In this document: positions 1-10,715 of the stretch, one piece after another
Layout: every line of letters starts with the position of its first letter
Position numbering within the stretch: the stretch's first letter is position 1
NCBI RefSeq assembly: GCF_018977255.1
Contig: NW_024705526.1
Location: 1-36,774, forward strand
DNA from: Callorhinchus milii
Lineage: Eukaryota
DNA: 36,774 nt
Direction of reading: 5' to 3'
The notes under the pieces: model-generated
Told to the model about the DNA's origin: nothing
Databases searched by the model: none
The model's input: the letters and a program-made list of their open reading frames with translations, nothing else
Program-made: the position numbers and the translations under genes

Positions 1-419
1 GAGTCCGTGCAACTGGGGCCGAGTCCACCAATACCGCACCAGCCGGACGGGTGGGGGCCGTCGGCTGACGGGCTGCAGGTGGCTCACTCCCGCCTGGTGG
101 AGCTACTCTACGCAGCAGCCGCCACGCTGGAGGAAATCACTCGCCTGGGGATTGGAGAAGCAGCACGGGACGACGTCAGGCGACACGCAACGCCAGTTCC
201 CGCCATTTCAACGGGCTGGAGGTTGAATTTTCCGCCATCAGTACAGTGGGTGCTGAGGGCGGGGCCTGGGCACATCATGTGACCGACAGTCGCCGACCAG
301 AAACCGTACGTCATCAACAGCGGCTGACAGCGGCGAACGCCAATCAGCGGACAGCGCGTCACCAGCAGTGCGACCGCTGATGGCGTCCGCCGTTCCCGCC
401 GATACTGTACAGAATGGCG

Positions 420-1310
420 GGAAAGGCGTTGGCGATCTACGGCTGAGGAGTCCTCGTTCCAGCAGCAATTTCCGGTCCTCTAAGAGTTTGTGGCGGAAGA
501 CGGCAACTGGAGAGCGTTCCAAAGGCGGTTCCTCGCCCACCAAGAAATGTCGCGATGGACGGACGACGAGGCGCTACGCATGTTGCCGGCGACGCTGGAC
601 AGCGACGCTCTCGCCACCCTCACTTTGGCGCCGAGATCGGCACGCGCTACGCTGCAGGCAGTGCTTCGACTCCTGTCTGCAGTCTACGGACCAACTTTCC
701 TTCTGCAGACAGCTGTTTTACGACCGTCAGCGGGGTGCCAAGGAATCGCCCCTGGCATACCGCACGGCTCTCCTAGCCTTGGCAAAGACGGCTTTCCCGC
801 GGATGGACGAGGAAGGGATGGACGCTATGGTGGCTGAGAAGATATTGCTGTTGGCGGACGATTTGGACATCGTCGTCTTGGCGCAAGACGACAAAGAGAT
901 GTGTTCCCTGTGGGCCGCACGGCACATCCATGCAAACTTGCTGTCCCAGCGTCGCAAGGCCAGCAAGGTGCGGCCAGACATACCGTGGCTGCAACCACCC
1001 TCCATCGGAAGAGTTCTGCGCTGTGGGTCACCCGACGGAGTGGAGATCCGGGGACCGACCAGCTCGGGACGGGCCGAGCCACCAGGATCAACCCAAGCCG
1101 ACTGGGGCGCTCACGCAGTGCTACAACTGTGGCCTCCGGGGCCATGTGGCTTCTGGATGCCGGGCTCCTCGACAGCGCGGTGCAACACCTCGGCCGGACG
1201 ACGCTCCTCTACCCAAGGCTCCGCAGCGAACTCCGGCAAGTCGTGGCACTCCACATGTTTGGCCTACGCACACACCTGTGACACAATCACGCACTGCAAT
1301 GAACGGGGTT
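420..1310 (+). mobile_element. Ty3/Gypsy gag remnant (frameshifted), with CCHC zinc knuckle
   Basis: Joined frames give WRAFQRRFLAHQEMSRWTDDEALRMLP...RQRGAKESPLAYRTALLALAKTAFP (retrotransposon gag-like), then QCYNCGLRGHVASGC (C-X2-C-X4-H-X4-C) at about 1117-1160. Boundaries are approximate. Confidence 0.85.
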
Positions 1311-1392
1311 CGGAAATCGGCTGTCGTTGAGTCGAAATGTGCCGCGATGGGGAGGGCGTTCCAACCAGGCCAGTGGTCTGAGTTTGCCCAGA

Positions 1393-1449
1393 AATCACAT
1401 CCTTTACTGGTATATGGACCTGAAAAATCACATTCTCTACTGGTATATA
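1393..1449. repeat. Two-copy ~33-bp tandem repeat
   Basis: AAATCACATCCTTTACTGGTATAT and AAATCACATTCTCTACTGGTATAT lie between the gag remnant and the Penelope element. Confidence 0.6.
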
Positions 1450-1666
1450 TTTAGGGGTGACAGCAAAATTTAGGTTGATGTAGCCCTCAGAGGCATTGGA
1501 CACATCCATGCGGATGTAACAAGAGCTGAAATAACCACTATTCTTAAGAATGCTAAGAAACCTACTAGTAACATCAGCAAAAACAAACGCTCTGAACTCG
1601 CGAACCTAAAAAAAGAGAGATGATATAGTCATCCTCTAGGCAGACAAGGGCAATGCCACGGTCATC

Positions 1667-3244
1667 ATGGATAAAGAATCATACAACAACAAAATCCTGG
1701 ACCTATTTAATGATGGGAGTTACTCCAAAATTAAAAGCGATCCTACTAACAGCCTAACGACAAAAACTAACAAGATCATCACGAGTTCGACTTCCCTAAT
1801 CGAACCAACCAAACGTCCCTCTCTAAAACCCTCGGCGGCAAGACCTCCCAGACTCTATGGTCTTCCCAAGATCCATAAAGAAGGCACCCCGCTACGACCC
1901 ATCGTGTCGACGATCAACTCTCCTACCTACAAACTAGCCCGTTTTCTATCAGATACTCTGCTTCCCTTCACAGGCAAGACCTCTTCGGCAGTACTCAACT
2001 CAACCCAATTAGTCTCTATGGTCAAGGACATGGTACTATCTCCTGATGATATCCTCATCAGTTTTGATGTAGTATCTCTGTTTACCAAAGTTCCAGTGCC
2101 TGACACCCTAACAATAATTGAGGACTTGGTCCAACATGGATTGAATTCGGATGTACCTGCGCTGGTTAGGCATTGCCTCACCAACACTTATTTTACCTGG
2201 AATGGCACCTTCTACAAACAGAATGAGGGTACCCCTATGGGCTCCCCCTTGTCACCAGTGATAGCCAACATGTTCATGGAAAAGTTTGAATCAGACGCCA
2301 TCCAGACATCCACCCTGCGTCCTTCCCTGTGGAAGAGGTATGTGGATGACACTTTCGTCATTTGGCCACATGGCCTCCCAGCATTGAACCACTTCTTGGA
2401 CCACATCAATTCCAGACACCCATCCATCAGATTCACCATGGAAGTGGAGAAAGATGGCAAACTACCATTCTTAGATATTCTGTTTGAGAGGAGACCTGAC
2501 GGATCCTTGGGACATTCTGTCTACAGGAAAGCCACCCACACAGATTCCTACTTGAAACCTGATTCCCACCACCACCCATCTCAAAAGAATTCTCTCATCA
2601 AAACGCTATACCACAGAGCTCATGGCATTTCTGACCAACACCACCTGGCCAGTGAATTAAGACATGTACATCGGGCCCTCAGGATGAACGGATACTCTGA
2701 CCGCACCATCCGCCAAGCTGTTTCTCCCACCATACAGAAACAGCCACTTGAAACTCCGATCAAAACTATCACGTTGCCATACATAGCAGGCGTGACCAAA
2801 AAGATCTCCAAAATTCTAAACAAACATAAGATCCAAGTCCGATTCAGTACAGTACATAAAATCCGTGATCTAATTCCATCTGTGAAGGATGTCATCCCTG
2901 ACTTGCAATACCCTGGAGTCTATAAACTGAGTTGCAGCTGTGGTGATTGTTACATTGGGGAAACGAAACGTCATGTCTCTGATCGTGTCCGCGAGCACAA
3001 GTCAGATCTGAAACACGGCAAAATTGAGTCTTCCGCCGTTGCCGATCATTGCTACAACGCTGTGGGCTCTCATGATATTGTTTTTTCCGAGACCAAGGTG
3101 CTCTGCAAACCCTCTGGCTACCATCAAAGGTTTGTACACGAAGCCATCCAGATTTACAAACACAGACATAATTTCAACCGTGATGATGGGTACAAACTGA
3201 GTAATCATTGGAAAGATGTTATTAACCATGCAAAAAAGATTTAA
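1667..3244 (+). CDS. Penelope-like reverse transcriptase + GIY-YIG endonuclease (525 aa open; native N-terminus disrupted)
   Basis: RT motifs LYGLPKIHK, LRPIVS, SFDVVSLFT, GTPMGSPLS, RYVDDTF and LPFLD. GIY-YIG with interleaved CCHH: GVYKLSCSCGDCYIGETKR...REH...AVADH...EAIQI...FNRDDG. Confidence 0.95.
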   Translation: MDKESYNNKILDLFNDGSYSKIKSDPTNSLTTKTNKIITSSTSLIEPTKRPSLKPSAARPPRLYGLPKIHKEGTPLRPIVSTINSPTYKLARFLSDTLLPFTGKTSSAVLNSTQLVSMVKDMVLSPDDILISFDVVSLFTKVPVPDTLTIIEDLVQHGLNSDVPALVRHCLTNTYFTWNGTFYKQNEGTPMGSPLSPVIANMFMEKFESDAIQTSTLRPSLWKRYVDDTFVIWPHGLPALNHFLDHINSRHPSIRFTMEVEKDGKLPFLDILFERRPDGSLGHSVYRKATHTDSYLKPDSHHHPSQKNSLIKTLYHRAHGISDQHHLASELRHVHRALRMNGYSDRTIRQAVSPTIQKQPLETPIKTITLPYIAGVTKKISKILNKHKIQVRFSTVHKIRDLIPSVKDVIPDLQYPGVYKLSCSCGDCYIGETKRHVSDRVREHKSDLKHGKIESSAVADHCYNAVGSHDIVFSETKVLCKPSGYHQRFVHEAIQIYKHRHNFNRDDGYKLSNHWKDVINHAKKI

Positions 3245-3585
3245 CTACACATTTTTGGACCATCTTATTTGACAGGCACTATTTTACTTTACCGAGTGTT
3301 AACATCCCCAGCGTTTAACAGTACTCTCCTTTTTGTATTTGATTGTCAACCAACACTGGGTAAAACAACATGGGCATTTTCGTTCTCTTCTAGCATGTGC
3401 ACCAACAGTCCAACAGTTCCACATTCACTCTCTTTTAGCCCGCCCCCCCTCCCAATACGTTCCATTCATTGGCTACCACATTCAGATAAGCCCCTCCCTC
3501 CCTCTCCCCCCTTAACTTGTATTTAAGAACTTGTATCTTGGAATCTTTGCCTCACTTGATACAGCAAATCTAGCTGTGACGGTCC

Positions 3586-3626
3586 CACCTGATGACGGAG
3601 ACTTGTGTTGCCTCCGAAACGTCGTG
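3586..3626 (+). ncRNA. Minimal type I hammerhead ribozyme in Penelope pseudo-LTR
   Basis: CAC-CTGATGA-C-GGAG(loop)CTCC-GAAA-C-GTC-GTG: conserved CUGANGA and GAAA cores, stem II GGAG/CTCC, stem I CAC/GTG, GUC cleavage triplet, and a palindromic loopless stem III (ACGT). Confidence 0.8.
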
Positions 3627-3859
3627 ATTTATTATTTTATTTTATTTCTATTATTACTTTTAGTAATTTTTATTTTATTTTTTACCTACGTGACTTTACC
3701 AAAAAAACCTAAGAGTATGAATCCTTGCAGTCACGAAAGCTTCAAATGTAGAGTGAATATACAGCAGTGTGGTATACAGTAGGGTTTGTAGATTAATACA
3801 TAGTGTAATATTACAACGTGTGTAGTGTATAGTAACGCAGTGTATAATTCAATGTTGGG

Positions 3860-3985
3860 GTTTGTCTATGGCAGTGTATATGACAGGGTATCGTCGTGTG
3901 ATGTAGAAAAAAAGTTTAGTTGGAGGCATATTATATTTTTTGCGACGTAAAATTGTAATGTATAATGACTTATAGTTAGTAGTAG
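3860..3985 (+). repeat. LTR-like fragment similar to 6880-6975
   Basis: TGATGTAGAAAAAAAGTTTAGTTGGAGGCATATTATATTTTTTGCGACG...TTGTAATGTAT aligns by eye with TGATGTAAGGGAAAAAAGTTTAGCTGGAAGCATATTATATTTTTTGCGACA...TTGTAATGTAT. Confidence 0.7.
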
Positions 3986-4214
3986 TGTAGTTGCAGTTGC
4001 TGAGCGTCTATATGTTAAATTTCTCTGCCGGGTACGGGTAGGGTACGAGTATCGAGTACCTGATTGCGGCCTCTGAGATGAAGCCATGTTGCAGGCGCGG
4101 GTGGGTTGATTCTAGGAACTTGAATTGTGAGAAGAGACAAGACGTTGGGAAATGAGTGACAAACAGTTACTCACCAGTGACTCACGGTCTACCCGTACCC
4201 GTACCCGGCCGCAC

Positions 4215-4306
4215 CAGGGTCGCAAACGGGTACCCGTACCCGGCCGGGTACGGGTAGCCAGGTATCGGGTAGGGTACGGGTATCGGGTACCCAGTTGCGA
4301 CCTCTG
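4215..4306. mobile_element. Tiny TIR element (hAT-like MITE) rich in TACCCG/CGGGTA repeats
   Basis: The 5' end CAGGGTCGCAAACGGGTACCCG matches the reverse complement of the 3' end (CAGAGGTCGCAACTGGGTACCCG). A degenerate second right end lies at about 4028-4075. No clear TSD. Confidence 0.6.
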
Positions 4307-6200
4307 CTGCACGCTTTTTCCACCAAAGGCCAAAGGTTTCACTGGGGCGTGGAGGAGAAGGCGGCTTTTGCAGCACTTCGCACGGCCGTGGCGGATGCGC
4401 CACCCTTGGGGTACCCAGATTTTTCAAAACCCTTCCTGCTCGACACCGATGCCAGCGACATGGGCATTGGGGCTGTCCTGGCCCAGATGGTCGACGGGGT
4501 TGAGAGGGTGGTAGCCTATGGCAGTCGCGTTCTGTCCCCGACGGAACAGCGATATTGTGTGACCCGGAGAGAGCTTTTGGCCATAGTTTTTTTTGTTCAG
4601 TTGTATAGGCCCTATTTGTACGGTAGGTGGTTTACGGTCTGAACCGACTACGTGGCCCTGCAATATTCGCTGAAGATTAGTCAGCCCTCGGGTCAGCTGT
4701 CCCACTGGCTCGAAGTGCTCCAGGATTACCCTTTGATGTAATCCACAGGAAGGGGACACAGCATGGAAATGCGGACGGTTTATCCCGATTGCCGGCAGGC
4801 GGCGGGTGTGCTTGCGCCCTGGGCTCTAGCCGTTGCAAGGCCCCAGGGGACGCCGCGGCCCAGTTGGTCGCGTCGGCCGAGGCGGCCACCCCTCCAGGTG
4901 CGGCGGCGCCGCGGATTTCGGCCTTGGACTTCCCCGGGAGGTATGGTCCAGCTTGCAGATGGAGGATTCCTCTCTGCTGAAGCTACGGCGCCGTGTCGGG
5001 CATAAGGCCCGGAGCTCAGCTTCGTCGGCTGCCCCGGCGATCGCCGTGCATGACGGACTCCTCATGCGTTGGGATGCCCAATTGGAACGCTATTGTGTGG
5101 TTGTGCCCACTAGCCTGCGTGGTAAATTAACCCGAGCCATTCACGAGAAGCTTATGCACCTTGGCTACCACAAGACCTTATTGACCCTTAAGCGGGACTA
5201 TTACTGGCCGGGTGTTGAGGGTGACGTGGCACTGATTTTGAAGGGTTGCCACGACTGCGTGCGGAGGAAGGCCCCAGTTGTCCGGGACCGGGCCCCGCTG
5301 CAGTCCATCCGGGTTTCTCGCGTTAATGAGCTCGTGGCGCTCGACATTTTGGGGCCATTCCCTGCATCCCAACGGGGCCACAAATACCTCTTGGTGGGCG
5401 TTGAGTACCTCACACGTTGGCCCATGGCATGGCCTTTGGTCGATCAGTCGGCCTCTTCTATCACCGAGGCCTTCGTCCAGGGTACGTGTTTGACAAGGGC
5501 GCGCCGGAACAATTGTTGACTGACCAGGGGCGGAATTTCTCGTCTAGGTTGCTCAAGGAGGTGTGTGACCTCCTTGGCACCAAGAAAATCCGCACCTCGC
5601 CCTACCACCCCCAGTCAGACGGGATGGTAGAGCGCTTGAACCGCACCCTTACGTCCATGCTGTGCCACCAGGTGAACACGTCCCAGTCAGACTGGGACCT
5701 GTTCGTCCCGGGGGTCTTGGCGGCGTATCGGTTGGCCCCTCATGCCTCCACGGGATTTTCGCCTTTTTATTTGATGTACGGTAGGGAACCGGAGCCCCCG
5801 GTGCACGTCCAGATGGACGTTGGCTCCTCCAAGAAGGGGTCGGCGGTGCCGACCCCTTTGAAGGTCGCGCTTGACCGGCTGCGCGAGGCGCGACAGGCCG
5901 CTGCCGAGAATTCCGCAAGCCGGCAGGCGGCTAATGAGCGGCTGCCCAAACACCAGGCAGCTGGCCTCCCGTGGGTAGCGGGTCAAAAAGCGTGGCTGCA
6001 TTGTCCCCAGGTCCCCGTTGGCACATCAGCCAAATTGCATCGCCCTTGGCAGGGACCCGTGGAGGTTGTGGAGGTCCGCCGGCCGCAATGCGTCCGGATT
6101 CGGTTCGGTCGCCGGCAGTGGATAGTGCACCCGTCCCGGCTCAAACGTTATGTTCCATCTACCCTGGGGGATCCACCCCCAATTCCGGAGCGGCCGGCTG
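4307..6200 (+). mobile_element. Ty3/Gypsy pol remnant: RNase H + integrase (frameshifted)
   Basis: RNase H motifs YPDFSKPFLLDTDASDMGIGAVL...YCVTRRELLAIVF. Integrase HHCC HEKLMHLG...YYWPG...CHDC. Catalytic core ALDILGP...LTDQGRNF...YHPQSDGMVERLN, followed by GFSPFYLMYGR and PWQGP. Confidence 0.93.
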
Positions 6201-6654
6201 ATGATGTGTCCGGCGTGCCTGACTGGCCGGGTCTCGTTGACGGAGGTGACGTCCGACCTGTGTGTGTGCCCCCAGGCCCCTCCCGAGTGAGGCCGACAGA
6301 GACCCCCGGTCACCGGAGGCCACGGCGGTGGGCCTGTTGCCCGCTGACGGCCACCTGCACGGGTGGCGGACACCGCACGGGGAGCGGGCCAGCAGCGCAT
6401 ACCCGCTCGAGGGGGATGCGGCTCCGGTGACGGCCCTGATGGCCGTTCAGCGGGCCCAGCCCCTGGCCCGTTCGGCGCTATCCAGCGGATGAGGCCTTCG
6501 GGCTCTATTTGTTTTGTTTTGTTGTGGTTGTTTTTGCTGTTGTGCCTGAGGGCCGTGTTGCCCTAAGGACACACGCACTCTTGATTGTTCGGTCTTCGGT
6601 CCGCTTGCGGGGTGATTGCAGCCGGGTCGGCTGTTTTTTTTCACGGGGGGGTGA

Positions 6655-7060
6655 TGTAGAGGAGTAGAGAGAATGGTGGCATCATGTGCGCTGTCCGGTG
6701 CGATGGCATCACGGGACGTGGGGTCATGCGTGCTGGACAGTGCACATGACGACACAGCTCCTTGAGGATAAAAGGGAACCCCGTGACGTAAGCGGGGTCG
6801 TAGCTGGATTCAAGGGTCGAGAGAGGGTGAAACGGGGAGCCAGGGTCAAGAGGGTAGGGCTAGTAGATATAGCACAGGGCAGCCGGCTGTGTTGATGTAA
6901 GGGAAAAAAGTTTAGCTGGAAGCATATTATATTTTTTGCGACATAGAATTGTAATGTATTACTTACTGTTAGTAGCTCAGCTTATTGGAGAGTATATTTC
7001 GTATACTGATGATACTATGTAGTTTATACTTTAGTTTTTTACGTGGTTGTTTAGTTACTG
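6655..7060 (+). mobile_element. Probable 3' LTR of the Gypsy element
   Basis: A G-rich polypurine tract (GGGGGGG) is followed by TGTAGAGG downstream of the integrase. The 3' boundary is uncertain. Confidence 0.55.
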
Positions 7061-7316
7061 CAGCTACATACTATTAACATTCCTTCCCTTTATTAATGCT
7101 ACCCCTATCCCTCCCTTTGATGCTGCTAATCCTGCATAATGCACGGGCATAATATGACTTTGAAAACCCCCCGCCCACCTCCTACGCAATTCACAAGTAG
7201 TACTAATCACATACCTGCATTTTCCATAAATATGCTAAATTCCAACCCAGCTTAAATATACGCTCCAAGTGTGGTGGTGTTTCATTCAGACGCTGTCTCC
7301 CCGACAGACCTGGTCT

Positions 7317-7359
7317 TCACCTGAGGATGACTGCTTGCGTTGTGGCCGAAACGTCGTGA
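7317..7359 (+). ncRNA. Minimal hammerhead ribozyme motif (second Penelope pseudo-LTR relic, about 7100-7435)
   Basis: TCAC-CTGAGGA-T-GACTGC(loop)GTGGCC-GAAA-C-GTC-GTGA, followed by the same T-rich tract and TACGTGACTTTACCGAAAGAACC seen after the 3586 copy. Confidence 0.72.
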
Positions 7360-7439
7360 GAATTATTTTATTATGTTTTATTTTTATTATTTTATTACTT
7401 CCCTTCTACGTGACTTTACCGAAAGAACCAAGAAAATGG

Positions 7440-7952
7440 GAGGCTGATCGATGCCCGGGTGCGGTCAAGGGATGTCTCCCTATTGCTCAACCATGTTATG
7501 TATGCCGATGCTCTGGTGATTGCTGCTCACTGCTGCTGACCTGGAGCTTGCCACTAAGAGGTGGGGCCTTACCATCAGCCCCACCAAAACTAAGCACCTG
7601 CCTGGGTATTTTGTACCATCGAACAATCCATCCCCACAACTCACAATTTGGTGATGCAGCAGTTGTGGAGAGATTGCCGAGATTCCCATACCTGGCCAGT
7701 GTGCTCATGACCGGCTCCAGTTTAACAGCGGAGGTCTCACTCCAAAATCAGTCGAGCGCCATTATCTTTTCATCGGCTGCGTTACGCTGTGTGGAAGCTC
7801 CCTGGTCTCTCGCTCCGCATGAAGCTCCAGGTCTTCTCGGCCACGGTAATTCCCTCCCTTCTCTATGCTTGCGAAATGTGCACCCCCCTAATGGAACATC
7901 TTCACCAGTTAGAAACATTTAGGCTGGCCTGCTAACGATCCATCCTGGGTTT
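7440..7952 (+). mobile_element. RTE-clade LINE reverse transcriptase fragment
   Basis: Across frames: VMYADALV (YADD-like), WGLTISPTKTK, VERLPRFPYLASVL, and FHRLRYAVWKLPGLSLRMKLQVFSATVIPSLLYACEMC...RSILG. Confidence 0.8.
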
Positions 7953-7957
7953 AACCA

Positions 7958-8110
7958 TATATGTGTGTGTGTGTATCTAAGTCGACGTGTTTCTATGTGT
8001 GTGGGTCGATGTATGTGTGTAAGTCCATGTGTGTGTCTGCCTTTTTTCCCCCGCAACGCCGGGACTTACCACTAGTGAATAATATTGGTCGTGAAAGCCT
8101 ACGTGTTAAT
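7958..8110 (+). repeat. TG-rich tract ending in a Penelope-type terminal motif
   Basis: Imperfect (TG)n followed by GGTCGTGAAAGCCTACGT, which resembles the GTCACGAAAGC termini of the other pseudo-LTRs. Confidence 0.45.
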
Positions 8111-8114
8111 AGGA

Positions 8115-10385
8115 GATATCGCCGGCCATGTGACCCATTTGCGCGGGGAGGTAACCCAAGTAGACGGCCAGGTGACCCAAGTACGCGGGCATATGGACAA
8201 GTTACGATCTATAGTGGAGATAGTCCGGGCAGGGGGCTAACCGAGCGGTTGTCTCAATTATAGGCAGAGCTCGAACAAATGCGCACTGGGAGGGGAAGGA
8301 GGGGTGAACAAGGGGCCTCCTATGGAGCGACCACCCTTCCCCGGGCATGCTCTATATGCGACCAATGGGGGGCATCGCGTGAGAGACTGTCCCCAGATCG
8401 CCCGAGCTAGACAAGCGCCAAGGTTAAACGTCAAGGCCTCCCTAGAGAGGGGCCCACCGAGGGGTGCAATCGACGTGGTCCCAACACAAATAAACTGCTA
8501 TGATAATGGCGAGTGAGTGACCCCCACGCAGATTCCGGCAACAACACCCACGAATGCGGTGACTTCGGGCGACTGGCTGCGGGAGCTGGTGGCAGGAATC
8601 ACGGGGGCCACGTCACGGGTGGAAGGGAAGGTGAATGGGCGGCGTACCCGGATTCTGTTGGACACGGAGCGCCACACACTGCAGCGTGCTCAGGGTTGAC
8701 GTGGGCGGCCTGCAGGCCCCGGATCGCGCACTGCACACTGCAAACGAAGCTGGGATGGGAGTGCTTGGGAGGGTCACCCTTGAGGTCCATCTCGGACACC
8801 AAGTGTGTACCCAAGAGTTCTATGTCTCGAGTGTGTTGTGCCATGAGTGCATCGCAGGTACCGACCTCCTGGAACAGTTGGGGCTCAACGTGCAGCCCTA
8901 CCAGCGATGCTCCACCTTGGAAGACAGCGGGGAGCGGATCCCGTTTCTGGGACAGGAGCCGGGCGTCCCCCGCTTTGGAGCCCGTGGCCGCTATCCTGGT
9001 GTCGGCCATCACCATCGGCCCCCTCGCGGAGATGCTGGTGCCAGTGGCAACACCCTCCACCAACCCCGCACACCGACCATCGGGTGAGGTAATGCTGACT
9101 CCTCACCTGGAGTTGGCAGCACGGTACGGGGTTGTGGGATCGGCTACGTTGGTAAACGCAGATTGGGGCCGATTGTTTATGCGGGTATTTAACCCCCAGA
9201 GTACCCCAGCAGCGCTGGCGCACCGCGGTAGCCACAGTACACTCACTGCACGCACGCCACTCTAACGGCTCGGTGTTTGCCCTCTGGGCTGAGGACCCCT
9301 GCCGCCCCGAGGACAACCAGGACCTGGCCTGGCGAGTCGGCCCGACTCCCAGAGCCGAGGTCGTCCCCCTGCTTGACGCGTTACATGTACCCTGGGAAGA
9401 TTTACCCAAGGAGGAGGCCGATCAGCTACGCGGGTTATTGCGGGAGTATGTCCACGTGTTCAGTGAGCACGATTCGGATGTGGGCTGGACAGACCTCGTT
9501 AAACACCAAATTGACACAGGTGCCGCCCAAACCATTAAACTCCCCGCATACCGAGTGGGTGGCCCTGAACGGGCCCAGATTAAAGAGGTAGTCGTGGATA
9601 TGCTCCGCGATAACATAATCCAGCCCTTAGCGTGCCCCTGGTCTGCCCCGGTTGTACTGGTGACGAAAAAGGATGGGTCAACCCGGTTTTGCATTGATTA
9701 TCGAAAGTTGAACACAGTCACCCTCGGCGACGCCTTCCCCATGCCCGCATCGATGACACCTTTAACAGCCTAGCAGAGGCGCGGTATTTTTCCACCCTCG
9801 ATCTAACGTCCGGGTACTGGTAGATGGAGATGGCGAAGGAGGATCGGCCAAAGACCGCATTTACCACCCCGATGGGGCTGTTCGAGTTCCGAGTACTCCC
9901 GTTCGGACTCACTAACGTGCCGGCAACATTCCAGCGGTTGATGGAGTTGGTGATGCAGGGCTTGCAGTGGGAACAGTGCCTAATTTACCTGGATGACGTG
10001 ATAGTGTTCAGTAGGTGCCTGTCTGAGCACTGGTCCAGGTTACGGGAGGTGTTCAACGACTGCGAGCAGCCCATCTCAAGCTCAAGCAGCGTAAGTGTCA
10101 TATTGCGCAGCGCGAGTTTGGGTACCTCGGACACCGCGTCAGCGAGGCAGGGGTGCACACTGATCCGGAAAAGGTATGCACCGACCCCGGAAAGGGTACG
10201 CGCTGTGGTGGAATGGCCACGGCCAAGGAACCTGACAGAGATCAGGTAATTTTTGGGGCTAGCCACTTATTATCATCGATTTGTGAAGTGATTCAGCGAG
10301 ATTGCACGCCCCCTCACCCAACTCACTTCCCATAAGAACCCCTATCAGTGGACGGAGGCCATGCCAGATGGCCTTCACCACCCTC
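8115..10385 (+). mobile_element. Ty3/Gypsy gag-protease-RT remnant (multiple disablements)
   Basis: Degenerate knuckle CSICDQWG/HRVRDC. Protease VEGKVNGRRTRILLDT. RT motifs PWSAPVVLVTKKDGSTRFCIDYRKLN, KTAFTTPMGLFEFRVLPFGLTNVPATFQR, IYLDDV and WPRPRNLTEIR. It stops just before RNase H. Confidence 0.93.
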
Positions 10386-10386
10386 A

Positions 10387-10685
10387 AGTTTTAAGTTTTC
10401 ATTTATTAGGTATAGCCCTGTGAGCCATTCGGCTCTTGAATCGGGTGCAACCGCAATAAACAAATAACAAAAACATTAACCAGAAAACATCTTAAAGTGA
10501 CTATGTGACTAAGTGCAAACAGAAAATCCAGGAAAAAACTGTAAAAATTCCAGGAAAAAGCATCGTACAACAACGCTGTGTGCAAAAATCCCAGTGGGAT
10601 GCAAGTCAAACAACAACAACAACCACAAGACAACTTAGATTAAGGCCATCAGTCTAACTATGTACGACAACAAACAAACATGGCC
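10387..10685 (-). mobile_element. Probable 3' tail of a non-LTR retroelement (LINE/SINE)
   Basis: On the minus strand: hairpin GAGCC-GAAT-GGCTC, then AATAAA and a repeated AAACTT tail that abuts the Gypsy RT exactly. Confidence 0.45.
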
Positions 10686-10715
10686 NNNNNNNNNNNNNNN
10701 NNNNNNNNNNNNNNN
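10686..10715. other. Assembly gap (30 N)
   Basis: Run of N characters. Confidence 1.

Larger units (their letters stand above)
1505..3746 (+). mobile_element. Penelope-like retroelement (Penelope/Poseidon type), 5'-truncated, with 3' pseudo-LTR
   Basis: The upstream frame reads RAEITTILKNAKKPTSNISK...DIVIL*ADKGNATVIMDK, containing the PLE DKG motif plus one frameshift and one stop. It is followed by the RT+GIY-YIG ORF, then TATTTAA, a hammerhead motif and a GTCACGAAAGCTT end. Confidence 0.93.

Noticed and set aside
7269..7922. 217-aa ORF with an apparent transmembrane segment
   Set aside because: It is a chance read-through of a T-rich pseudo-LTR tract into a frameshifted RTE fragment.
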